Source of the DNA: Candidatus Stoquefichus sp. SB1
GTDB taxonomy: Bacteria > Bacillota_I > Bacilli_A > Erysipelotrichales > Coprobacillaceae
Direction of reading: 5' to 3'
Assembly (NCBI RefSeq): GCF_001244545.1
Contig: NZ_LN852694.1
Location: 619,747 to 651,746, forward strand
DNA length: 32,000 nucleotides
Made by a program: the position numbers and the translations under genes. Below the pieces are notes generated by a model. The model was not told where the DNA came from. It was given only the letters and a program-made list of their open reading frames with translations, and did no database searches. Shown here one piece after another: positions 18,835 through 27,136 of the stretch (positions are counted from its first letter, which is position 1; each line of letters starts with the position of its first letter).

Positions 18835-19483
18835 GAAAAGTATCGCTCATAATCAGATACTTTAATTTATTCTGGGATCAAATCTAAATAGGCTTTAAAT
18901 CACTGGGGGTTTAAGTATTAAATAAAGGTAGAATAAAGTGATGAAGATTCACTGATTTCTACCTTCTTATTTGGCTTATTTAATCTTGTTTAGTTATTGT
19001 TTTACTATTTTATTTTCTACGTTTTCTTCCTTGTCTTTTTATGATTTGTAGTTTGTCTAAAGAAGATGAAAGTGATTTTTTATACCTCGAATAACCTGAT
19101 GACTGAGTTTGACATTGCGATAATCCTTGATATGAAGTTTTGAAGACAGTAAGGACAGATAATATCCTTTCTTATAAGTGTAATATAATAAGTAACACAA
19201 TTATTTTCTTTTTTAAAGTACAAGATTGTACATCAGAGTGATTAAGATTTAAAATATTAATGATATCATTGTACATGATATTACTCCTTTCTTGATAGAT
19301 TGAAATAAGCAGTCAAATCATATCACGAAAGGAATTTTTATGTATAGAAAAGGATCATCACAAAGATGACCCCAAATAAGAATTAAAGGAAGAAACGAAA
19401 ATGTCAGCGAAAATTAAAAGATGCCGTTTACCCCAGAATAAATAAAATCGCCCATAATCATGGGGTTAAGAGCGATACTTTTC
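18835..19483 (-). mobile_element. Internally deleted ISL3-like element remnant with terminal inverted repeats
   Basis: GAAAAGTATCGCTC at 18835-18848 has its exact reverse complement at 19470-19483. The inner TTTATTCTGGG (18866-18876) is mirrored at 19431-19441. On the minus strand, SD AAAGGAG plus ATG 19276 is followed by a decayed N-terminus, MYNDIINILNLNHSDVQSCTLKK(fs)ENNCVTYYITLIRKDIICPYCLQNFIS(fs)KDYRNVKLSHQVIRG (Zn-finger type, as in ISL3 transposases). That is joined directly to the ~220-bp 3' end segment. Family call is tentative. Confidence 0.55.
18863..19083. repeat. ISL3-like element end, copy B (uninterrupted; serves as the empty site for the IS3 insertion at 2661-4459)
   Basis: Collinear with 2563-2660 plus 4456-4600. 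It contains the hairpin AAATAAAGGTAGAA...TTCTACCTTCTTATTT (18921-18972), and the IS3 copy sits inside the equivalent hairpin in copy A. Confidence 0.8.
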
Positions 19484-19494
19484 ATGAGTAAGTT

Positions 19495-20049
19495 CTAATA
19501 ATTTATTTTTTCTTCTAATTTTAATAGTTTTTGTGATCTATCTTTGATTTTCTTTGCAGGTATGCCAATATAAATCCCCCAACTGTCTAAACTTTTATTT
19601 ACTAATGTCATAGCACCTATTGATGTTCCTTCGCCAATAGTAACACCTGGTAAAACAGTTGAACCAGTGCCAATAAGAACATGTTTTTTTAACAATACAG
19701 GTTCTTCAATAACATTTCTATAACAATTAGGTACAGTTGGATTTGTAAGATAGTTACCAGAATAATCATCAGATATTGAATAAATTACACATCTAGATGA
19801 AATACAGGAAAATGATTCTAATTCTATACCAACATTACCAGCAAAAAGGCTTGAATAAGCAGCTATATGTATATTATTTGCCAATTTTATTTTACCACTC
19901 AATATACAAAAATCATCTATTCTTACATTATTGCCTATTTCAATTTCTTTTGAGTTATAGATGCTTGCTTTTTTACTAATAAGAACATTTTTTCCAAATG
20001 ATTTTAATCCTAATTCTTTTAATTCTTCAACTGAATAAAAACTATTCAT
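19495..20049 (-). CDS. Left-handed beta-helix (hexapeptide-repeat) sugar acetyltransferase
   Basis: 184 aa with repeated [LIV]-G-x-x-x-x units (..IGNNVRIDDFCILSG..., ..IGTGSTVLPGVTIGEGTSIGAMTLV..). This is the WbbJ/VioB/LacA-like family. It is the only polysaccharide gene on the minus strand. Confidence 0.8.
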   Translation of the reverse strand: MNSFYSVEELKELGLKSFGKNVLISKKASIYNSKEIEIGNNVRIDDFCILSGKIKLANNIHIAAYSSLFAGNVGIELESFSCISSRCVIYSISDDYSGNYLTNPTVPNCYRNVIEEPVLLKKHVLIGTGSTVLPGVTIGEGTSIGAMTLVNKSLDSWGIYIGIPAKKIKDRSQKLLKLEEKINY

Positions 20050-21022
20050 TCTAATTTTACATTCCTTTCCGCCTACGGCTTGGGTTCAAGGCACATATCA
20101 CATACTATAATGAATAACCTTGATTCCTTAGGCTGTTTATTTTATTGTTTAACTGAAGAAGAGTCATACTAGAAAGCAAGGTGAGGTGAATTGTAGATTT
20201 CTGTAACTTATTCAGTTCAAAACAGTATTTTAACCAGTGCATGGATATCTTTTTCAAGCATACACGAATAGCCCTCGAGGCTGTATATTAATCATTGACT
20301 TCGGTTTTCTCTTTAGTGTCAGATGTCTAGTCACTGTATCTTCTTCTCTATTTTATTTGAAAGGAGTTTTTTATTTATGTAAGTTATTTATTCCAAATTC
20401 TGTGGCGTTGACGTACATAAACGCATCATTACTGTATATATTTGCTACACTGACTATATATTCGCTAAAGGTTGTTATTTTTCCAACAACTAGTTAATTA
20501 GATGTAGAGAAGTGAATCTCCAAAACAACTGCTACTACAATGTATACATAAAATCACTCGAAAAGTATTATATCGCAATATAACCTATATCGAATGTTGT
20601 AGTCAATACTAAAAGATAAAAAATGATGATAGGGACACTAAACGGATTATCAATTTTTAAAACCCATGCTTGTCAGTTCATATATCAAAAAAATTCACCT
20701 CCTCAAAAAGTATATCAGATATAAGTTCAAGCTTAACTACGTGTTCTGCTGAAAGAAATCGTTTATAAAATATTCTGACTGGTAGGAACTATAAAGTTAA
20801 TAATATGTCCCTTTTTTCACAATTTTGAAAGTTAATTTCTTCTTTTGTTAATCTTATTTTATCAGATAATTTCTATAATGACGAGAATTTTTTTAAGTTC
20901 TATGTAAATTTCAGATCATCTCATGAGAAAGTTTTCCAGTTATTTAAAAAATATGTAGTTATTTGTTGTTAATTCATTATTGTTATGTTAATATTATTGA
21001 AGTGAGTTGGGGAGTAGATAAT

Positions 21023-22333
21023 GTGAAGTGGTTAAAATATTTATTATTTAATACATATGTTTGTTTTATTCTAATATTCATTGTGGGCTGTAATATCTTA
21101 TGTTTATATTATTTAAACATTAAGTATATATTGCTAATTTCTGTTTTTTATACAGTTTTATTACATATGATTATTCATCTATATGAAGGTTATAAGTTAG
21201 GAACTTATAAAGTATCTGAGATAGTTTATTCAGTAAGTTTAGCAACATTACTTTGTAATTGTTTAACATATGGCTTGATTTTTATAATTAATTTAGATTT
21301 TAAAATTTTCATTTATATGTTTTTATTACAAATAATTCAGACTTTATTCACAATACTTTGGGGTGTTGTTGGAAATAAACTTTATTTTTTAATATTTGAA
21401 CATCATCAGATACTTTTAATATTTGGACATGATCCTACAGAGGTATCAAAAAAAATTATTTCACGTAAAAATAGGTATTTTATTACAAGAATGATATCTG
21501 ATTCGCTGACTTCAAAAGAAATTATTGAATTAAGTACTGTCTATGATTCAATAATGCTTTATGAAGTAAGAAAAGATTTAAGGGATTTAATCACAGTTTA
21601 TTGCTTCGAAGAAGAAAAAAGTCTATTTATTATTCCTGAAATTCCTGAAATTATTCGTAGAGGTACACATAACTTATATTTAATGGACACGCCTCTCTTA
21701 GTTGCTAATCATTGGGGTTTGTCACTTGGACAAAAAATAGTAAAAAGGGTTATGGATTTATTAATTATTATCCCAGTTGCTATTATAGTGTCACCTTTTA
21801 TGTTAATCACGGCTTTATGTATTAAATTATATGATAGAGGACCGATTATATACAAGCAAGATAGGTTAACGATAGATGGAGAGGTATTTCAAGTTTATAA
21901 GTTCAGAAGTATGATTGTTAATGCCGAGCAAAAAGGTGCACAACTGTCAACCGAAAATGACAACCGAATTACTCCAATCGGAAAAATTATACGAGCAATT
22001 CGTTTTGATGAACTTCCTCAAATTATTAATATTTTAAAGGGCGATATGTCAATTGTTGGACCACGACCTGAAAGGCCTGAGATTGCCGATGAATATTATA
22101 ATGAATTTCCAGAGTTTAAATTAAGACTAAAAGTTAAAGCTGGATTAACTGGTTATGCCCAAGTGTTTGGGAAATATAATACAACACCTAAAGATAAATT
22201 AAAGTTGGATTTAATGTATATTAACGATTATTCTTTGTATATGGATTTGAAATTAATTATTTACACAATCAAAATCTTATTTATGAAAAGTAGTACAGAG
22301 GGTATAGAGGAAGGAAAGAAAACAGCAATTTAA
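21023..22333 (+). CDS. Undecaprenyl-phosphate sugar phosphotransferase (WbaP/EpsB-like large polyprenyl-phosphate glycosylphosphotransferase)
   Basis: N-terminal TM bundle, then a central soluble domain, then the C-terminal Bac_transf block ..KRVMDLLIIIPVAIIVSPFMLITALCIKLYDRGPIIYKQDRLT..GEVFQVYKFRSM...DELPQIINILKGDMSIVGPRPERPE. SD GGGGAG at 21009-21014 favours GTG 21023 over the TTG at 20963. Confidence 0.85.
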   Translation: MKWLKYLLFNTYVCFILIFIVGCNILCLYYLNIKYILLISVFYTVLLHMIIHLYEGYKLGTYKVSEIVYSVSLATLLCNCLTYGLIFIINLDFKIFIYMFLLQIIQTLFTILWGVVGNKLYFLIFEHHQILLIFGHDPTEVSKKIISRKNRYFITRMISDSLTSKEIIELSTVYDSIMLYEVRKDLRDLITVYCFEEEKSLFIIPEIPEIIRRGTHNLYLMDTPLLVANHWGLSLGQKIVKRVMDLLIIIPVAIIVSPFMLITALCIKLYDRGPIIYKQDRLTIDGEVFQVYKFRSMIVNAEQKGAQLSTENDNRITPIGKIIRAIRFDELPQIINILKGDMSIVGPRPERPEIADEYYNEFPEFKLRLKVKAGLTGYAQVFGKYNTTPKDKLKLDLMYINDYSLYMDLKLIIYTIKILFMKSSTEGIEEGKKTAI

Positions 22334-22352
22334 TAAAATTAATATTGTTAGA

Positions 22353-22368
22353 TAATCTAAAATAACTT
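22353..22368 (+). repeat. Copy b of the recurrent motif TAATCYAAAATAACTT
   Basis: TAATCTAAAATAACTT, 20 nt after the phosphotransferase stop. It is followed by TTGTAG-18 nt-TAAAAT. Confidence 0.8.
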
Positions 22369-22409
22369 GTAGTAAACAAGTTATAAGTTGTAAAATATGA
22401 ACTGAAATT

Positions 22410-22445
22410 GGAAGCATGAAATTTGGTCGTGCTTTCTTTTGTTTT
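22410..22445 (+). terminator. Rho-independent terminator candidate
   Basis: GGAAGCATG / CGTGCTTTC form a 9-bp stem (two G-U pairs) with a 9-nt loop, followed by TTTTGTTTT. Confidence 0.55.
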
Positions 22446-22673
22446 ATCTTTATTGTAATGTCATCATTAAGCGTATATTATTCTATTTCTTAACTTTTCA
22501 AACTTAATCGCATATCTTATTTTTTTTATGGATTACAAGTATTTATTATTTTATAAATAAAATATTAAATTCTGATTAAATCAATATGTTAAGAGCTTTT
22601 CGTCATTACGTAGTCTTGAAAAGTACACATCAATATGCTAATATATATAAGATTTAAAGAAAAGAGGAATTTT

Positions 22674-24134
22674 ATGTCAAAGAAAAAAAATATCATTCAA
22701 AAAATAACACAATGGAAAGTTATATTGGGAATCCAATTACTAGTATCATTAGTCCTTATAGGATTCATACTCAAGTTGGGGGTTCTACCAATGTTATATA
22801 TGATTATTTTGATTGTTTTGCTTTTGCTGGTATGTTTAGGAACATTTTTATTAATGAGACCATCAAAAGTAAAAGAACAAGCAAAAATTCGGGTAATTAT
22901 TGGAAAAGTTATAAGTTTGTTAGTAAGTCTTTTTTTACTAATTGCTTCTTTGTATATTGCTAAGGGAGATTCAACGTTAGGAACAATTACAGGTGCAAAT
23001 GAGCAAACTACTCGTATTTCTGTTATTACATTAAAGGATAGTAATTATAAAAAATTATCTGATCTAAAAGATAAAACAGTTGAAGTAAATATGACAGGTG
23101 AAGCAGATAAAATGAAAGAAGCAGTAACTGCTCTTCAAAAAGAAGAATCATCAATTAAAACTAAAGAAGTTAATGAATATGAGACGATGGCTACAGATTT
23201 ATATTCAAAGAAAACAAGTGCAATTTATGTTAATGAAGCTTATTTTGCTGTTTTAGAGGCCAATCATGAAAATTTTGAAAATGATATAGATATCATATGG
23301 ACATATGAAATTATCGAAAAAACTCAGGATATTTCTAAGGAGGTTTCTGTAACGAAAGATCCATTTATCGTTTATATTAGTGGTATAGATACATATGGGA
23401 AAGTATCGACTGTTTCTAGAACAGATGTTAATATGCTTGTAACTGTTAATCCTACAACAAAACAGATTTTAATGACAAGTATTCCAAGAGATTACTATGT
23501 AACTTTGGCTAATAAAGGAAAAAAAGATAAATTAACACATTCAGGATTAGGTGGTATTGAAAATACAGTTAAGACTGTAGAAAATTTTATGAATGTTGAA
23601 ATTAATTATTATGCAAGAGTTAATTTTACATCTTTAATAAAAATGGTAGATGCATTAGGAGGAATAGATGTCGAAAGTGATAGAGCTTTCACGGCATTTG
23701 ATGGAAGTACATTTAAAAAGGGTATTAATCATTTGAATGGTGATAAGGCTTTAGTATTTTCTAGAGAGCGTCATGCATTTGCAGACGGGGATAATGAACG
23801 TGTATTTCATCAACAACTTGTTTTGACGGCTATGATTAAAAAGATGATGTCGCCTACTATTATTACCAATTATTCTAGTATATTAAACTCTATAAATGGA
23901 TCATTTGAAACAAATATGAAGTCAAGCGATATTACTAGTTTATTACAAATGCAAATTAGTGATATGGCTTCTTGGGAAATTGCTCAAAAACAATTATCAG
24001 GTAGTGGTAAAGTAATGACTGGTGGAGCATATATGCCAAATAATAATTTGTATTATATGATTCCAAATGACTCAAGTGTTGTTGAAAATAAAGCTGCTAT
24101 TCAAAGTATACTAAAAGGACAACCAATAGAATAA
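22674..24134 (+). CDS. LytR-CpsA-Psr (LCP) family glycopolymer-peptidoglycan ligase, paralog 1
   Basis: N-terminal TM region plus an accessory domain plus the LCP core ..FIVYISGIDTYGKVSTVSRTDVNMLVTVNP..ILMTSIPRDYYV...KDKLTHSGLGGIENTVKTVENFM...NGDKALVFSRERH. SD AAGAGGAA favours ATG 22674. Confidence 0.85.
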   Translation: MSKKKNIIQKITQWKVILGIQLLVSLVLIGFILKLGVLPMLYMIILIVLLLLVCLGTFLLMRPSKVKEQAKIRVIIGKVISLLVSLFLLIASLYIAKGDSTLGTITGANEQTTRISVITLKDSNYKKLSDLKDKTVEVNMTGEADKMKEAVTALQKEESSIKTKEVNEYETMATDLYSKKTSAIYVNEAYFAVLEANHENFENDIDIIWTYEIIEKTQDISKEVSVTKDPFIVYISGIDTYGKVSTVSRTDVNMLVTVNPTTKQILMTSIPRDYYVTLANKGKKDKLTHSGLGGIENTVKTVENFMNVEINYYARVNFTSLIKMVDALGGIDVESDRAFTAFDGSTFKKGINHLNGDKALVFSRERHAFADGDNERVFHQQLVLTAMIKKMMSPTIITNYSSILNSINGSFETNMKSSDITSLLQMQISDMASWEIAQKQLSGSGKVMTGGAYMPNNNLYYMIPNDSSVVENKAAIQSILKGQPIE

Positions 24135-24162
24135 CTGATATAAAGGTAATAAGTTGAAAAGA

Positions 24163-24179
24163 TAATCCAAAATAAACTT
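24163..24179 (+). repeat. Copy c of the recurrent motif (TAATCCAAAATAAACTT, one extra A)
   Basis: 29 nt after the LCP-1 stop. It is followed by TTAGTG-17 nt-TATAAT (24178-24206). Confidence 0.75.
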
Positions 24180-24240
24180 AGTGAAAACTAAATTTTGAGT
24201 TATAATATATTCATGAATTCAAGAATAAAAAATTATTCAA

Positions 24241-24256
24241 TAATCTAAAATAACTT
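24241..24256 (+). repeat. Copy d of the recurrent motif TAATCYAAAATAACTT
   Basis: TAATCTAAAATAACTT, 62 nt after copy c. Confidence 0.75.
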
Positions 24257-24507
24257 GGTATTTCATAAATTTCAACTACCCAATAAAGTAGAAAATAATT
24301 TGTTTGTATTTTTGAAATCTATGTCAGAAGTGGAGGATAGTGAATGGCTAGAGTGTTGTAATGGGTAACCAAATAATTTGGGAGGATTTCCAAATTATTT
24401 AGGGGACAACTTTAGGGGGGAACCTAAAAAATTAAACGAGCATAAAGGAACAGTTGTGACTTTTTTTGGCAGCTGTTCCTTTTATATGGTCTAGATACTT
24501 TTTATCA

Positions 24508-26352
24508 TTATTTTTTGTATTTATAAACTTCCTGTTTTGATTTTGGAGTAGACAGAATAGGCTCATTAGGTCTATTAGCCCGGATCAGTCTGCTGCGTGC
24601 GTATTCAAAATTGCTTAATCCTCTGGAATTTCTCTTAAAATCTTTAGGTGTTCTATTATATCCTTCCATCGGTCCATTAGATAGTCTTCTTTCTTTACCA
24701 TTGTTATCAATGATATAAATAAAGGAGTTGACGATTTCCTATTTATACTTTTTTAATAAGCCAGAAAAATCTCTAAACATAACCAGTGATGAATGAGAAT
24801 AGAAAATGATCAGAGCATTTAAAATGCCAGCAATTTTGTTCAAATCTTTTTCTTTTGTTTCATTGAATTCTATATATTGTTCTTTTAAACGTCGAATAGT
24901 CATAAGATTGTCATCCAATTGAAAAAACATTTTTCCATAGTTATAGGTGTTTAAATAGGCTTTAAGCATATGATTATATCTTTATCTTCAATATTTAAAA
25001 ATTTCATGATATCATTATTCATATAGTTCCTTTCATAGTGTTTAGACAATATCTATGATAAACGAACTAAAAAAGAGACAGTAACTAGATTATTTTAGTT
25101 GTTGTTTCTTTATATAAATTTTGCGCAATTATTTTCCTAAACTCTTCCCTCTCTAAACTTTAGACCTGTAAATTATTTGAATAGTCGTTGTAATAGCTAT
25201 TCCTTTTTTGTTCTTTAAACTTAGGTTTATATTTACATCCTAAGTGTAGAAATGTTTTTTTGAATTGTTAAAGTATTTATAGCCATATGTATTTTTTTAC
25301 ACACTTATTGACATTATTCATGATTTCTATATAATTTCTGTTAAAGTTTACTTAATATTTGTGTTTCTTTCTTATATGTGTAACTTGGAATTTCAGTGAT
25401 TTCAATATTGGTATAACTTTTTTATTATGTTTTTGACCATAGTTATATGATAGAAATTATTTGTATCAGATATATGTTCAGACATTAGTTGAAAAAGTGA
25501 TTTATAATTAGTAATTAACTTATGAAATATCTCAAGTAATTCCTGATATATTTTTAGTTTCTATAGAATTTGTCTGATTCTTTCTGCTTAAATATGTGAT
25601 CTATGTAATTCTAATAAATAAAGTTTTCTTGAGATGATCATCAAACCAGATCTTTTGATTGTCTAGAAATTTTTATACTTATCAAAAAGATGAAGATTTC
25701 TCTTAATTGACTCACTCAAGAATTTATGATTTAAGGAAGTACATATATCTAATCTAGACTGAATCATACTCGTGCTGACTAATTTTGCTATGCAAAATTA
25801 GTCAGCAATAATCATTGTATTGGAGAGCAATGTATATATAATTGACTGAAAGTTCTAGACAAATTCATAATTATCATTTTGACTTTTTTCTTTGATTGCA
25901 GTGAACTCTAAGAAAAGAGTCTCTTAGAGAGAGGAGTGTCTATCTTCAATAGTATCATGAGTTTTCTCCTTGGTAGGATTGACGATATGAAAGGCGTATG
26001 TTTCTCTGTTATTGTTTGCTTTGAATTCATCAATTAAACTAACTGTGAGAAGGAAGTAGGTTCTATGGGATATATGAATACTTTGTTTAAAGATGCAAAA
26101 TATAATACGAATCTTAAGAGTGTGTGTTCTGGAGATAGAAACCACAGAATGGTTTCTTTTAAATTCAAATAGAGCACTTTGAACATTAAGAACAGTAATT
26201 TTTCTATTATTGAATTGAAAAGATATATCTTTCTTAAAGTATTGATGACAATGATAACAGGTAAATATGTGATAGTTGACAACTAAAATAACTTTAAAGA
26301 AGCAAAAGGAAAAGTTTAATACTTTTGGTATCTTTGGATTCATGACAATCAA
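24508..26352 (-). pseudogene. Heavily decayed ISL3-family transposase
   Basis: Minus-strand pieces: N-terminal ..FTCYHCHQYF...LIDEFKANNNRETYAFHIVNPTKEKTHDTIEDR.. (ORF 25924-26352); a middle part full of stops that includes MIIAD*FCIAKLVSTSMIQ (compare ..DRFHIV..L..); and a C-terminal ..FRDFSGLLKKYK/EIVNSF...RLSNGPMEGYNRTPKDFKRNSRGLSNFEYARSRLIRAN.. ending at the stop at 24508-24510. SNG..EG.N...K..KR..G..NF...R.R is the ISL3 E-region signature as I recall it. Confidence 0.6.
25774..25806. repeat. Perfect inverted repeat GCTGACTAATTTTGC-TAT-GCAAAATTAGTCAGC
   Basis: 15-bp arms with a 3-nt loop, read directly. It lies inside the decayed ISL3 reading frame. Confidence 0.9.
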
Positions 26353-26744
26353 TGGAAACTAGCAGTGAGGATTGGAAGAAAGACTTATCTAAGATTGATG
26401 TATATAATATCTTTTTTTGAGATACAGAAATTAAAATAGTGAAAAGTAAAATGCATAAAGCTATGAAAAGAATCATTAATTTGTAGAATTTCAAGAATAG
26501 TTTTAATAAAATTAATATTGTACATAAAAATAATCTACTTTTATTTGAATTGGATGCTTAAATTGTAAAGAATGGTTAATATTATGCACATTTTTAAAAT
26601 TAAAAATATAGAAATGGAAAATTTACACTTTTATTTAAATTATATAATTAAAATCTGGCGTGGTTTTGATACTTTTTTTGTAAAGAAATTAGACGTTTTA
26701 GTGATAGTATGGTAAATAATTAAATCAGTATATTTTGTAATATT

Positions 26745-26788
26745 AATATTCTAAATTTTATTATGATACTAATAAAATTTAGAATATT
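26745..26788. repeat. Perfect inverted repeat AATATTCTAAATTTTATTA-TGATAC-TAATAAAATTTAGAATATT
   Basis: 19-bp arms with a 6-nt loop, read directly. It lies in the ORF-free stretch about 350 nt upstream of the LCP paralog 2 gene. Confidence 0.9.
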
Positions 26789-27136
26789 ATATTTCATGAG
26801 TTTATTTTCTTCTTTCAAAGTTATAATGATCCTATAAAACTATCATCACAAGAAAAAATTTATTTATAGGAGACGATATTTGAGGGAGAGAGTGTCAAAA
26901 AATAGTATAGTCCTAAAAATTTAATAGTATAAAAAGGCAAATCTCATTCAAATGTAGAAAATGAAATATAGCTACATTATAATTTAAATTTATGATTTTT
27001 TTGTTTAAAATAAATGATATTTTTTTGATCAAAAAATATATAGAAAGAAAATATTATCCTTTTACAAAAATGATACAACTTATACATATTTTTATGTTAA
27101 TATACATTTATCTTAGAAAAAGGGGAAAATGTAGAA

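Noticed and set aside
20237-20497. ORF 20237-20497(+) in the debris region upstream of the acetyltransferase
   Set aside because: It has no SD, an alternative start and a nondescript translation. The opposite strand of the same region gives more protein-like, but frame-broken, segments.
22391-22445. Tiny sRNA (promoter-like TAAAAT at 22391-22396 followed by the terminator at 22410-22445)
   Set aside because: The hairpin is more economically the terminator of the upstream phosphotransferase gene. The promoter call rests only on a weak -35/-10 match. It is kept as an open alternative under the motif finding.
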